Positions 32,273-43,075 of a stretch of 64,000 bases of DNA are shown here, in pieces. The stretch lies in assembly GCA_045106895.1 (NCBI GenBank), contig JBGCFM010000100.1, positions 32,001-96,000 on the forward strand. Direction: 5' to 3'. A program made the position numbers and the translations under genes. Every line of letters begins with the position of its first letter. Positions within the stretch are counted from its first letter, which is position 1. The DNA comes from Polyangiales bacterium (GTDB lineage: Bacteria; Myxococcota_A; Polyangia; Polyangiales; Houyiibacteriaceae). Below the pieces are notes generated by a model. The model made no database searches and had not been told where the DNA came from. It saw only the letters and a list, made by a program, of their open reading frames with translations.

Positions 32273-32402
32273 CGATTGATACGGGGTTTTTCCCCGTTCC
32301 AACGCGATTTTGACGCTTGCCCGCAAGGTCCGAACGCCCCGTCCCAAATCGAGGTGATCGGAACTTGAGTTTCTGGGCCCGCCCAGGGCACTATGCGCGC
32401 TC

Positions 32403-34235
32403 ATGGGGCGCGTCATTGGCATCGATCTCGGTACCACCAACTGCTGCGTCGCGGTGATGGAAGGGAATGTCCCTGCGGTCATCGCCAACAAGCAGGGGTA
32501 CACGACGACGCCTTCCATCGTGGGTATCGCCGAGGACGGGAAGCGCGTCGTCGGACAGCTTGCCTCGCGGCAGGCGATCACGAATGCAGAGCACACGGTT
32601 TACGCGACGAAGCGGCTGATCGGTCGCCAGTTCGACTCGCCCCAAGTTCAGCAGTCGCAGCAGTCCGTTCCGTTCAAGATCGTCGCCGGCCCCTACAACG
32701 ATGTGCGCATCGAGCTTCGTCAGAAGCAGTACAGCATCCCCGAAATCAGCGCGATGCTGCTTCAAGAGATGCGAGTCATCGCCGAGGAGCATCTGCAGGA
32801 GGAAGTCGATCAGGCGGTCATTACCGTCCCCGCTTACTTCAACGATGCGCAGCGTCAGGCGGTGCGCGACGCGGGGCTCATCGCTGGCCTCGATGTGCTG
32901 CGCATCATCAACGAACCGACGGCGGCGGCGCTCGCCTACGGTTTTCATCGCTCCGAGAACCGCACCCTCGCGGTGTACGACCTCGGTGGCGGCACCTTCG
33001 ACATCTCCATCGTTCAAGTCACCGAAGGCGGCGTGTTCCGCGTCATCGCGACGACGGGCGACTCCTTTCTCGGCGGCGAAGACTTCGACGCTCGTATCAT
33101 GGCGTGGCTTATCCGCGGGTTCCAGGTTCAAGAGAACATCGACCTGCGGAAGTCCCCCGTTGCACTTCAGCGACTCAAGCAAGCGGCCCAAACCGCGAAG
33201 TGTGAACTTTCAGAACTCGATTCCACCGAGATTCAGCTTCCGTTCATTCATTCCGGGACCAGCGGTCCGCTCAACATGCACTACGCGATCACGCGGGCTC
33301 AGCTGGAGAAGCTGACTCGCGACCTGGTCGAACGCACGCTCTTCATCTGCGAGCGTGCCATGCAAATCGGGAGCTTGCAGAAGCACGACATCGACGAAGT
33401 CGTTCTCGTTGGAGGCATGACCCGCATGCCGCTCGTGCAGACTCAGGTCGCAGAGTTTTTCGGTCGCTCTCCCAGCAAGGGCGTACATCCCGACGAGGTC
33501 GTAGCCCTTGGCGCGGCGATTCAGGGAGCCGCCCTCGCCCACGAAATCGACGACGTCTCCCTCGAGGACGTCACGGCACACGCTCTGGGCATCGCCACCG
33601 CGGGCGACCACTTTGACGTGATCATTCCAGGCAACACACGTGTGCCTTGCCGTGTCCCAAGCCTGTTCACCACCTCACGTGACGGCCAAGACCGGGTTAA
33701 AATTGTCGTGCTCCAGGGCGAGAGCACGAGCGCGAGCGATAACGACTTCTTGCAAGAGTTTGCCCTCACAAACCTTCGACGTGCCCCGGCGGGTGAGCTG
33801 GAAGTCGAGGTCGCGTTCACCATCGACGAAGACGGAATCTTCAGCGTCAACGCCAAGGACCTTGAGACCGGCGAAGAGACCTACGTCGAGATCACCGGCG
33901 ATTCGATGGATGACGAAGAGCTCGACCGCATGAGCTCCGAGAGCACGGAGTACCTGGAGGAACGCCGCGCCGAAGAGGCGGCGGAACGCATGACCCAGGG
34001 AGTGCACACCCTCATCGCAGACCTCGAGCGGATGTTCCCCGATGCAGAACGATGGGCCGCTGGAAACCCAATGCACACGTTGACCATCACCCATGCGCGA
34101 CACGCGACGGCGACGGCCCGAGGCTCCCTCGCGACGGGACGCCGCGGAGAGCTCGCCGAGCAGCTCGTCATCCTCGAGGACGCCAAGGCGATGCTTGAGA
34201 AGCTCCTCCGTGAATCCGACGGCCAGCGCCGCTAG
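32403..34235 (+). CDS. Hsp70/DnaK-family paralogue
   Basis: GIDLGTTN, TVPAYF, DLGGGTFD and LVGGMTR motifs; divergent linker and lid. Confidence 0.93.
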   Translation: MGRVIGIDLGTTNCCVAVMEGNVPAVIANKQGYTTTPSIVGIAEDGKRVVGQLASRQAITNAEHTVYATKRLIGRQFDSPQVQQSQQSVPFKIVAGPYNDVRIELRQKQYSIPEISAMLLQEMRVIAEEHLQEEVDQAVITVPAYFNDAQRQAVRDAGLIAGLDVLRIINEPTAAALAYGFHRSENRTLAVYDLGGGTFDISIVQVTEGGVFRVIATTGDSFLGGEDFDARIMAWLIRGFQVQENIDLRKSPVALQRLKQAAQTAKCELSELDSTEIQLPFIHSGTSGPLNMHYAITRAQLEKLTRDLVERTLFICERAMQIGSLQKHDIDEVVLVGGMTRMPLVQTQVAEFFGRSPSKGVHPDEVVALGAAIQGAALAHEIDDVSLEDVTAHALGIATAGDHFDVIIPGNTRVPCRVPSLFTTSRDGQDRVKIVVLQGESTSASDNDFLQEFALTNLRRAPAGELEVEVAFTIDEDGIFSVNAKDLETGEETYVEITGDSMDDEELDRMSSESTEYLEERRAEEAAERMTQGVHTLIADLERMFPDAERWAAGNPMHTLTITHARHATATARGSLATGRRGELAEQLVILEDAKAMLEKLLRESDGQRR

Positions 34236-34314
34236 TACTCCATCTCAGAAGTTCTGACTGGTTGAGCGCGAGATTCGTCCGCCCCCTTGCACGGGGTCAT
34301 TCTCGGCCACATGC

Positions 34315-34340
34315 TTTTATTGACCACTTGGTCAATAAAA
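34315..34340. promoter_or_regulatory. candidate TetR operator
   Basis: Perfect 12-bp inverted repeat TTTTATTGACCA-CT-TGGTCAATAAAA just before the RBS. Confidence 0.8.
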
Positions 34341-34354
34341 AGGAAAACTTCGAC

Positions 34355-35197
34355 ATGAAACGAATCTGGATTGCAGGATCGACGGGATATTTGGGTGCGT
34401 TTGTGGTGCAAGAGTGTGTCGACGCAGGGTTTGAGGTGGATGCACTGGTTCGGCGCTCGCCGGAACGCATGGAGGCGATGGGTGCGAAGGCCGTGGTGGC
34501 CGAGGCCACCATCCCCGCGTCCTTTGCGCACTCCCTCGACGGCGTGGATGTGGTGATCAGCTGCCTCGGGATCACGCGGCAGAAGGACGGGCTGTCCTAC
34601 GAGGACGTCGACTACCAGGCGAACCTCAACATCCTCGAGGCCGCGAAAAGCGCGGGCGTCGGACACTTCATCTATGTCTCCGTTTTCCGAGGAGATGAGT
34701 TGCGGCACACCTCGATGGTCGGCGCCAAAGAGCGCTTCGTGGAGGCACTGCGCAAGTCCGGAATCGCCTACTCCATCGTTCGGCCAACAGGCTTCTACTC
34801 CGACATGGGCGAGTTTCTAACGATGGCAAAGGCAGGCCGCGCCTGGCTCTTTGGGGATGGTAGCCAACGGCTCAACCCGATCCACGGCGCCGACCTGGCG
34901 GAGGCCATCGTGAGGCTCGTGGATCAACCCACCGAAGTCCTCAACATTGGCGGCCCCGAGGTGCTTACCATGCGCGAGATCGCGGCTCTTGCATTTGAGG
35001 CCATCGACGAACCGATGAAGGTGTCTTCCGTTCCGATGTGGGTCGCCCGCGCCGCCGAACACGTCCTGCCTTCTGTCACCCCGCGCTCTTTCTACGGACC
35101 CGTCGAGATGTTCTTGGCGGCGGCGCGCCTTTCGATGGAAGCCCCATGCTATGGGTCACGCACCCTCGCCGACTACTACCGCGAGGTCGCCGACTAA
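34355..35197 (+). CDS. atypical SDR / NAD(P)H-binding oxidoreductase
   Basis: AGSTGYLG, VDYQAN and RPTGF motifs. Confidence 0.9.
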   Translation: MKRIWIAGSTGYLGAFVVQECVDAGFEVDALVRRSPERMEAMGAKAVVAEATIPASFAHSLDGVDVVISCLGITRQKDGLSYEDVDYQANLNILEAAKSAGVGHFIYVSVFRGDELRHTSMVGAKERFVEALRKSGIAYSIVRPTGFYSDMGEFLTMAKAGRAWLFGDGSQRLNPIHGADLAEAIVRLVDQPTEVLNIGGPEVLTMREIAALAFEAIDEPMKVSSVPMWVARAAEHVLPSVTPRSFYGPVEMFLAAARLSMEAPCYGSRTLADYYREVAD

Positions 35198-35199
35198 CC

Positions 35200-35730
35200 A
35201 TGCCAAAAATCGTCGACCACGAAGCTTATCGAGCAGAGCTCGCCGCCGGCGCGATTCAAGTGTTCCGCCGACATGGCTTTCATGGGCTCGGCATGCGGAA
35301 GATCGCCGAAGAGCTGGGTGTCTCAAAAGGCACGCTCTATCACTACTTTCCGAGCAAGAAGGCGCTCTTCGAGGCGTGCTCCGCCGTCGTCACGGAGTTC
35401 GATTTCGACGCTCTCCCAGCCGGTGCTAGCGCGAGCGTACGTTTCGAGGCCTTGGTCGCGGTGGCGCTTCAGCTCGACGCCGACTTTCGAGGAGAGCTCT
35501 CTTTGCTGGTGGACTATGTTCGGCCGCTTTCGCAGAAAGACGTTCGGGTCAACCCTCTCTTGCGGCGCGCGCTCGGAGCATTCGAAGACGCAGTCGCCAA
35601 AATCGTGGGCGAGGAGCAAGCCTCCGCGGCTCTGCGCCAGCTCCTCGGGATTCTGGTGATGCGTATCTTCGACGGCGGCCAAAGTGACTTTGAGACCCTT
35701 CGGCCCTTCTGCGAAGACAAGGCTCAATAG
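35200..35730 (+). CDS. TetR family regulator
   Basis: MRKIAEELGVSKGTLYHYFPSK HTH. Confidence 0.93.
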   Translation: MPKIVDHEAYRAELAAGAIQVFRRHGFHGLGMRKIAEELGVSKGTLYHYFPSKKALFEACSAVVTEFDFDALPAGASASVRFEALVAVALQLDADFRGELSLLVDYVRPLSQKDVRVNPLLRRALGAFEDAVAKIVGEEQASAALRQLLGILVMRIFDGGQSDFETLRPFCEDKAQ

Positions 35731-35780
35731 ACGCAAAGAGAAGCGGATGTGTCAGTGCCGTTTGCTATAGCGTGGGCGAG

Positions 35781-37010
35781 ATGTTCCGCGCGCTTCACAC
35801 CTCAGACTGGCACCTCGGGCACATGCTCCGAAACCGTTTCGATCGCGCCGCGGAACATGACGCGTTCTTGGCGTGGCTCCTCGAACAAATAGCGACGCAT
35901 GAGGCAGATGCCCTCCTCGTCGCCGGTGACATCTACCAAACGTCCAATCCACCAGCGCACGCCGAACAACGCTTCTACGACTTCTTAGCGCGTCTCCGCG
36001 GGGTCGCGCCGGATACCGACGTCGTGATCATCGCAGGCAACCACGACTCAGCGTCCCGGCTTCAGGCGGCACGTGGTCTCTACGGCGCGATCGGCGTCCA
36101 CGTCGTTGGCGCACTCCCCGTCGGCTCGGATCTTTCGGCCGCGGTGGTGCGCCTCGAAGGACGAACGGGGAGTGTCTGTGTGGCAGCGGTGCCTTTCCTG
36201 CGTCCGTCGGACCTCTCGCCGGAGCTCGTGCGCGAGGGCGGACTCGCCGCCGGCGTCGAGGAACGCTACAGGTCCACGCTGGAGCTCGCTCGAAGTAGAC
36301 GTCAAACAGATGACGCGCTCATCGTCATGGGCCACGGTCACTTGCTAGGCGGCCACACCAGCGAGCACTCCGAACGCGACCTGGTGCGGGGCAACGAAGA
36401 CGCGCTCCCGCTGACGATCTTTGGTGATGACTTTAGCTACGCGGCGCTCGGACACCTCCACCTCGCGCAGAGCGTCGAGGGAGGTCCCGCACCAGTGCGC
36501 TATTGCGGCTCCCCCATCCCGCTCTCGATGGGCGAAGCCTCCTATCCGCACCAAGTCTTGCGGGTCGACTTTGAGGGTCGAGATGTGTCTCAGATCGTCC
36601 CGCTCCTCATTCCCCGCGCCGTAGAGTTGGTGCGCATTGGTGCCGGCGACGCGAAGCCCCTCGATGAGACCCTCCAAACGTTACGCGAGTATGACTTCGG
36701 CGAACTTCGACAGCCGGCTTTTCAACCGATGCTTGAAGTCAGTGTGTTCATCGACGCCCCCACGCCAGACCTCAACGAGCAGGTCCACGCCGCCATCGCC
36801 GAGCGAGGCGTGCGCCTCGTTCGTATTCACCCGGTGCGAGCGGCCTCTATGGAGACTCGCCTCGGAGACACCCTCGTCGAAACGGACCTAAGCGACCTCG
36901 ACCCAGAACACGTGCTCATCGAGATGCACCGTCTCCGACACGACTCGCCGCCGCGTGACGAACTTCTCCGCGCGTTCCGTGAGCTACGTGCAGAAGTCGA
37001 GGCGCGTTAG
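35781..37010 (+). CDS. sbcD: exonuclease SbcCD subunit D
   Basis: HTSDWHLG, AGD, AGNHD, LGHLH and YCGSP motifs. Confidence 0.95.
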   Translation: MFRALHTSDWHLGHMLRNRFDRAAEHDAFLAWLLEQIATHEADALLVAGDIYQTSNPPAHAEQRFYDFLARLRGVAPDTDVVIIAGNHDSASRLQAARGLYGAIGVHVVGALPVGSDLSAAVVRLEGRTGSVCVAAVPFLRPSDLSPELVREGGLAAGVEERYRSTLELARSRRQTDDALIVMGHGHLLGGHTSEHSERDLVRGNEDALPLTIFGDDFSYAALGHLHLAQSVEGGPAPVRYCGSPIPLSMGEASYPHQVLRVDFEGRDVSQIVPLLIPRAVELVRIGAGDAKPLDETLQTLREYDFGELRQPAFQPMLEVSVFIDAPTPDLNEQVHAAIAERGVRLVRIHPVRAASMETRLGDTLVETDLSDLDPEHVLIEMHRLRHDSPPRDELLRAFRELRAEVEAR

Positions 37011-40000
37011 GTGCGTATTCTCGCTATTCGAGGAGAGAACCTCGCCAGCCTCGCGGCGCCCTTCGACCTACGCTTCGATGAGCCGCCCATTGAGTCGAGC
37101 CGGATCTTCGCCATCGTCGGGGCCACCGGAGCGGGCAAGAGCACCATCCTCGACGCCCTGTGCCTTGCGCTCTTTCACCGGACTCCGCGGCTCGGCGACA
37201 TGGCCGGAGGAACGGACGTTAGCGACGGGGACGAACGCATCAAAAGCTACGACCCGCGCGCGCTCTTGCATCGCGGCGCCACCGCCGCATTCGCCGAATG
37301 CGACTTTGAGGGACAAGATGGCGGGCTCTATCGAGCACGCTGGAGCGTCCGTCGCGCGAAAAGCGGACGCCTCCAACCCGCGAAGCCAGAGCTCTTTCAC
37401 TTGGACTCGGGCGTTGCCATCGGCCGTACGAAAGGCGAGGTCGCGGCGGAAGTCGGTCAACGCCTAGGCCTCGACTTCGAGCAGTTTCGGCGCTCCGTGC
37501 TCCTCGCGCAGGGAGACTTCGCCGCGTTTCTTCGCGCCTCACCGACGGAACGCGGAGAGCTCCTCGCGAGCATGACGTCGACCATGGTGTACGGCGAGTT
37601 GAGCCGCGCCGCTCACCAGCGAGCTCGCGACGAACACATCAAGCTCCGCGAGCGGCGCGTTTCCTCCGAACAGCTCGCCCCGCTAAGCGACAAAGAGCGC
37701 CAGAAGCTCGATTCGCAAACGAAGGAGTTGGACGCCAAGCGAATCGTGCTCTCTCAGTCTCTTCTAGAACGCCGAAAACGCGTCGATGTGTTGGCGCAGG
37801 ATGAGAGGCTACAGCTCGCCGTCGACTCCACCGCGTCGCTCGTCGAGGCGGAGAGGCAGCGCGCCCGGGACATCGGCCCGCGACGTCAGGCGCTCCAAGA
37901 CGCGCGCTCCGCAGACCGTTTTCGGGACGTGATTCGCGCCGTTGAAGAACGGCGCGCCGCCCATCTCAAGACCGCCGGGCAAGTCGAAGTGGCGCAAGGC
38001 ACCGTGCGCGAACGCGAGCGCCACCTGGTTGTTCTTCGGCAAAAGAGCGACGCCCATCTTGAGCGTCGGCGCAGCTTCGATGCGCAGGCTTCTCCCTTTG
38101 AAGCCGAACAAGAACAAGCCACCAGCCTTGATGCTGCGATTTCCGCTGCGAAAGACACCGTTGCGCGCTGCGACGATGAGCGGAGCAAGGCCCGAACAGA
38201 GCGCGACACCCTAAAGGCAACTCAGAGCGGCCGGCGAAAAGCGATGGCGCGGCTCGAGGCGGAGGAGGCTCTCGACACAGCGTGGCTGAATGAACGCACA
38301 TATCGCGCACGCGGTCTCGTCGCCATGACGCTCGAGAAGGTTCAGACGCACGCCGGGTTATCCGCTGAGGTCCTCACGAATGAGGCCGAGGAAGACGGAA
38401 CTCGGCGCGCCCTCGTGTCGCTTCGAGCGGAAGCGCTCGCCCTTGGCGAAGAGGTCACGAGGGCCAAGCAGGCGTGGACGGCCGCTGACACGGCCATGCG
38501 CGCCGGTGAGGCCGGGGTCGTCGCGCCTCGGCAGGCGCGCCTCGAGAGGCTGCAGGAAGCGTTTCAAGCCCGAGGGGCGCTGACGCGGGCGGCAGAGACT
38601 CGACGCGACGCGGAGAGGGAACTCGCGACGCGCGCGAAAGCGGCGGAGGACGCGCACCGACAACAGGAAGCGATCCGTTCTGAGAGCGGCCTCAGCGCGG
38701 CGGCGCTGAAGAAGGCACAGGCAGAGTTCGCTCAGCGCACGGCGGCGTTCGAAGAAGCGGAACGCGCCCGCGTCGCGCAGCACCTTGCCGAACACCTCAT
38801 CGACGGCGAGGCCTGTCCTGTTTGTGGGTCGCCGGAGCATCCATCTACGCCCGAGATTGTCGAAAGCGAGGAGGCAACGTCCCTTCGCGAAGCCAAAGAG
38901 CACGCCGCCACTCTGGCGCATTCGCTTAGTCAGTCGCATGCGGATATCCGTGAACGAAAGGGAGCCGCCGACACTCAAGCACGTCTGAGTGTCGAAAGGC
39001 AGGCGGCGGCCCAGGCGGTCTGCGAGGAGGGCAAAGCCAGCGAGGCGGTGCTCGCAGAAGCCTATCGGCGGGCACTTCTCGCGACGGATGGAACCCTTCC
39101 GGCAGACTCCGTCCCTGGCCTCGTTCACGCGACAAAGAGCCTCGCGCTGCAGCCGAGCGACGCCCTTGATGAGGCCCTCAAACGCGCAAAGGCGGAGCTC
39201 GCCGACGCCCTCGCCGCAAGCGCACAGGCGCAGGCAAACAATGCGCGCCGCGACCGAGCTTACGCCGTCCGTGAGGCCGCCGAGCGGGCTCTCGAGCGCG
39301 TGGCCGAACGAATCAAGGCCGCCGATGGGCGCCTCCGAACTCTTCAAAAACGACTCAGCGAAGTCCGCGCCACGCAGGAGGCCCTCGAGAGGGAACTCGA
39401 CGAGTTGGCGGGCCCTTCTTGGCGTGACGCCGGCTTCGTAGACACACTGGAAAGCGACCGGGTCAAACTCCCGTCGCTCCGAGAGAACTTCGACGAGCGA
39501 CGAATGCGGCTCGTTCAACTGCACGCTCGCGCGAGTGATGCAAGCGAGCGCGAGCAAGAGCTCGTGGCATTGGCTGCGATGCGCGAGAAGGCTGCCGATG
39601 ACGCACGTTCCGCGCTGGACGAACTACAGACATCACGGACCAAGCTCTTGGGCGGGCTTAGCGTGGCAGCCGCCCGCGCGAAGCGAGCGCTCCAAGACAA
39701 CGAGCTGCGCGAGAACGCGAACACGCACCAAAGCCTGGTGGGCGAAGCAGAACGATTGAGCGTCGCCGGGCACGCGAACCTCGATTCTCTTCGAGACGAA
39801 CTCGCGCGCCGCAACGAAGCCCTCACCGCTGCAGAGGCAGAGCTAAAGACTAGGCTTGCCGAAGCTCGCGTGGACGAGGCCTTCGTGCGTACCCACCTGG
39901 CCTCACCCCTCGACCGAGACCACGAAGAACACGCCTTGCGAAAGATCGACGAAGCGTTGAGCAACGCGGGGGTGCGTCATGACCAAGCGAAAAAGGAGCA

Positions 40001-40811
40001 ACGACTTCACCGTGAAGCCCACGCCGTCGTTTTCGGCGAGCCTCAAGCTGTGCCCTTGCAGGGAGACCTCTTTGCACCGCCCGTCGTCGAGATTCCGGTG
40101 CTCGATATCGCCGCGCTACGGGCATCAGAGACGGAGGCCCTCACGCGGACTGAAGGCGAGAGCCGACACCTCGAACGTCAGCTCATCGACGCGCGAGCCG
40201 CACAACAGCGCGATGACGAGGCGCGCCGAAACGCTGCGACCTTGGACGATGACCTAAAGGCGCTGGAGGCAGGAACCAAGGTCTGGGATGAACTCGCCGA
40301 CCTCATCGGCTCCAGCGATGGGAAGAAGTTCCAGCTATTCGCTCAAGGTCTGACTCTGGACATTCTTCTGGGTCACGCCAACGTTCAGCTGAGGCGCCTG
40401 TTCCCACGCTACGAGCTGGAGCGAACGCCGGGCAGCGACCTGTCCATCCAGGTCGCCGACCAGGACATGGGCGGCGTGATCCGCAGCATCGATACTCTCA
40501 GTGGCGGCGAAACATTCATCGTGTCCCTCGCCCTCGCGCTCGCGCTCGCGGGTTTGTCGGCGGGCCAGATGCCTCTGCGGACACTCTTCATTGACGAGGG
40601 ATTTGGAAGTCTCGACGCCGCTTCCCTAGAGACCGTCCTCGATGTGCTCGATGCCGTTCAAGCCGAAGGCAAACAGATCGGTATTATCTCCCACGTGGCA
40701 GACATCGCCGAGCGCTTCCGCGTACGGGTCACCGTCGAACGCGAAAGCGAAGGTCGGAGCCTCGTCACCGTTCATCCGCGCCCGACTCCAGCGCTACGAG
40801 AAGCCCGGTAG
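37011..40811 (+). CDS. sbcC: SbcC/Rad50 ATPase
   Basis: GATGAGKS, LAQGDF, CPVCGS zinc hook, LSGGE and IDEGFG motifs. Confidence 0.95.
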   Translation: MRILAIRGENLASLAAPFDLRFDEPPIESSRIFAIVGATGAGKSTILDALCLALFHRTPRLGDMAGGTDVSDGDERIKSYDPRALLHRGATAAFAECDFEGQDGGLYRARWSVRRAKSGRLQPAKPELFHLDSGVAIGRTKGEVAAEVGQRLGLDFEQFRRSVLLAQGDFAAFLRASPTERGELLASMTSTMVYGELSRAAHQRARDEHIKLRERRVSSEQLAPLSDKERQKLDSQTKELDAKRIVLSQSLLERRKRVDVLAQDERLQLAVDSTASLVEAERQRARDIGPRRQALQDARSADRFRDVIRAVEERRAAHLKTAGQVEVAQGTVRERERHLVVLRQKSDAHLERRRSFDAQASPFEAEQEQATSLDAAISAAKDTVARCDDERSKARTERDTLKATQSGRRKAMARLEAEEALDTAWLNERTYRARGLVAMTLEKVQTHAGLSAEVLTNEAEEDGTRRALVSLRAEALALGEEVTRAKQAWTAADTAMRAGEAGVVAPRQARLERLQEAFQARGALTRAAETRRDAERELATRAKAAEDAHRQQEAIRSESGLSAAALKKAQAEFAQRTAAFEEAERARVAQHLAEHLIDGEACPVCGSPEHPSTPEIVESEEATSLREAKEHAATLAHSLSQSHADIRERKGAADTQARLSVERQAAAQAVCEEGKASEAVLAEAYRRALLATDGTLPADSVPGLVHATKSLALQPSDALDEALKRAKAELADALAASAQAQANNARRDRAYAVREAAERALERVAERIKAADGRLRTLQKRLSEVRATQEALERELDELAGPSWRDAGFVDTLESDRVKLPSLRENFDERRMRLVQLHARASDASEREQELVALAAMREKAADDARSALDELQTSRTKLLGGLSVAAARAKRALQDNELRENANTHQSLVGEAERLSVAGHANLDSLRDELARRNEALTAAEAELKTRLAEARVDEAFVRTHLASPLDRDHEEHALRKIDEALSNAGVRHDQAKKEQRLHREAHAVVFGEPQAVPLQGDLFAPPVVEIPVLDIAALRASETEALTRTEGESRHLERQLIDARAAQQRDDEARRNAATLDDDLKALEAGTKVWDELADLIGSSDGKKFQLFAQGLTLDILLGHANVQLRRLFPRYELERTPGSDLSIQVADQDMGGVIRSIDTLSGGETFIVSLALALALAGLSAGQMPLRTLFIDEGFGSLDAASLETVLDVLDAVQAEGKQIGIISHVADIAERFRVRVTVERESEGRSLVTVHPRPTPALREAR

Positions 40812-41159
40812 GCTCCAGCGTTTCTCAAGCCACGAGAGAAGCTCTCGCTCCGCGTCATCGATCCCATCTGAGAGTGCGATGCGCGTCAGGACTCCGTAGA
40901 TCCACTCGCGCATTTCTGGCCGAACCTCATCGATGAGCACGACGAGTTCCGCTCGCTCCAGGAGGCTCGTTTCGTTCATCCGCGACCACAGGTCCGGCGC
41001 CTCGATCTCGCGCGCGAGCGCCGACACGGCGACGACCTCTTCGGGGGAAAGGACGCCGTCCATTCGGGTCATCAGGCGAACCAGTCCCGCAAAGGCGGTC
41101 TGCTCCTGCTCACTCATGTCCGCGTACGGGGTCACATCCGCACCATACACGGCCTCCAC
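40794..41159 (-). CDS. TerB-like small protein
   Basis: MDGVLSPEE and IALSDGIDDAE motifs. Confidence 0.65.
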   Translation of the reverse strand: MEAVYGADVTPYADMSEQEQTAFAGLVRLMTRMDGVLSPEEVVAVSALAREIEAPDLWSRMNETSLLERAELVVLIDEVRPEMREWIYGVLTRIALSDGIDDAERELLSWLEKRWSLPGFS

Positions 41160-41262
41160 GCTCCGCGTCTTCGGTGCCGTGCAGATGCGCGGTATGACCG
41201 ACTAGTGAGGCTCGCCTTAGATCGGCCTTGACCCGGCCCCGTCCGACATGTTTAGGAGAGGC

Positions 41263-42027
41263 ATGAACATCGAAGGCTCAGTTGCACTAGTTACCGGAGG
41301 CGCCTCGGGCCTCGGTGAGGCTACCCTCCGCACCCTCGTCAAAAAGGGCGCAAAAGCGGTCATCCTAGACATGAATGAAGAACGCGGCGCGGCCGTGGCG
41401 GCGGAACTTGGCGACGCCGTGCGCTTCGTCAAGACCGACGTGACTGACGAAGAGCAGGTCCTCGCCGCCATCGAGGTCGCGAAGTCCCTTGGCACCCTCC
41501 GCATTGCCGTCAGCTGCGCGGGCGTGGGCTGGGCTGCTCGAACGCTCAAACGCGACGGTACCCCGCACAAATACGACCTTTTCAAGAAGGTCATCTCCAT
41601 CAACTTGGTCGGAACCTACAACGTCCTGCGCCTCGCGGCGTCCGCGATGAGCCAGAACGACCCCGTCGACGGCGAGCGCGGCGTCATCATCAACACGGCG
41701 TCCATCGCTGCCTTCGACGGCCAGATTGGCCAAGCCGCCTACGCAGCTTCGAAGGGTGGCGTCGTCGGCCTCACCCTTCCCGCGGCGCGCGACCTCTCGA
41801 AGGTCAATATTCGCGTGATGACCATCGCGCCGGGCATCTTCGCGACGCCGATGCTCGCGGGGCTGCCGGAAGAGGTTCAGACCGCCCTGGCTGCAGGCGT
41901 GCCCAACCCTGCGCGACTGGGCGACCCCGCCGAGTACGCCGCGTTGGCAGCTCACATCGTCGAGAATGGCTACCTGAACGCGACGGTGATTCGCCTCGAC
42001 GGCGCGCTCCGAATGCCCCCTAAATAG
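41263..42027 (+). CDS. SDR, 3-hydroxyacyl-CoA dehydrogenase type II-like
   Basis: [26 protein letters not shown] and IRLDGALRM motifs. Confidence 0.92.
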   Translation: MNIEGSVALVTGGASGLGEATLRTLVKKGAKAVILDMNEERGAAVAAELGDAVRFVKTDVTDEEQVLAAIEVAKSLGTLRIAVSCAGVGWAARTLKRDGTPHKYDLFKKVISINLVGTYNVLRLAASAMSQNDPVDGERGVIINTASIAAFDGQIGQAAYAASKGGVVGLTLPAARDLSKVNIRVMTIAPGIFATPMLAGLPEEVQTALAAGVPNPARLGDPAEYAALAAHIVENGYLNATVIRLDGALRMPPK

Positions 42028-42138
42028 CCTCTTCTCCGTTGCGGAACTCCGAGCCTAGCCCCGACATTTCGAGGAAGAGCAACGCAGCCATCGGGCTGCA
42101 GGACCAGTCAGGTCCCCTCTAGCTTTCTGAATCGCACA

Positions 42139-43032
42139 CTAGATGTCGTCATCCTCGGTTCGTACGGGCATCGCTTCGTTGCCGGTGAAGGTCACGACGA
42201 CGGTACTTCGCCCCGCTGCAGCTTCTTCGAAGGTGTGGCGGGCGAGGAAGCGACGAAGACATCGCCCCCCCCGCTCGTCGGCGACTGTGCTTGAGCGAAC
42301 TTGAAGTCGGGTTCGACCCCGTCTCGGAACCGTCGCGATAAGTGTGATGTCGCCCGCTGGAGAACTCCGGCGGGCTGCTTTGCGTCGGCAATCCAGAAGG
42401 ATCGGAATCGCTGCGCGGAAACTGCGCTGCATCGCGGCGACGCGTTCTTCCGTGGCACGAGCACCACGCCCGAGGACACGAAAGGACACTTCGCCCGTCG
42501 CGTTTCCTCCGGTCGCTTCGAGGTCTCCGTCGGCATTGCGGGTGACCTCGACTTCGTCTTCCACCGCGCGGCGGGCCTGCGTCGCTGCCACGCCGTCCGC
42601 CGCGCTATTCGAATAAGTGAGGGTGATGAACGCCGCGCCGGGGGCTGGGATACTGCCCAACGCCGCTCGACGAAGTGCCGCGAGGGAGCAGTCGGCGAGC
42701 TCCTCGTCGTTTAGTTCATCGCGGGAGATCTCGACCTGGCCCCCGCCTTGCACATCGACCATCAGCCGCAGCGTGCCTTGGACCTGCGGCCGTACGCGAA
42801 CAACTCCGCGATAGCACTCACGGATGGCACCGATCTGACCGCCGATCGCCTCTCCGATCATCGCGAGCTTCGAGGAGCGCGTTGCCGGCCCACTCTCGAT
42901 GGACATCCGGACATCGGAGCGCGCCGTGACTCGTCCTGAATCCTCAACCGCATCCTGCGCGCTCGCCGATGAGCCAAGACTCGCGAGCAAGCAACTTATG
43001 AACACCAGCCGGACTGCGATTTCGTTCCCCAT
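42139..43032 (-). CDS. secreted protein with two AgmX/PglI (TonB-C-like) domains
   Basis: Signal peptide; IRECY...G...C and LLDC...G...C repeats. Confidence 0.65.
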   Translation of the reverse strand: MGNEIAVRLVFISCLLASLGSSASAQDAVEDSGRVTARSDVRMSIESGPATRSSKLAMIGEAIGGQIGAIRECYRGVVRVRPQVQGTLRLMVDVQGGGQVEISRDELNDEELADCSLAALRRAALGSIPAPGAAFITLTYSNSAADGVAATQARRAVEDEVEVTRNADGDLEATGGNATGEVSFRVLGRGARATEERVAAMQRSFRAAIPILLDCRRKAARRSSPAGDITLIATVPRRGRTRLQVRSSTVADERGGRCLRRFLARHTFEEAAAGRSTVVVTFTGNEAMPVRTEDDDI

Positions 43033-43075
43033 GCCTGTCATCATCACCGATAGACCGCGGAACGTCACGGAAGCT

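Noticed and set aside
35781..40811. SbcCD as an anti-phage or Wadjet-type system
   Set aside because: Canonical repair pair with no defence-island context.
42084..42115. Two short hairpins between convergent genes as a possible ncRNA
   Set aside because: Stems of only 5-6 bp, no recognisable family; at most termination-related.
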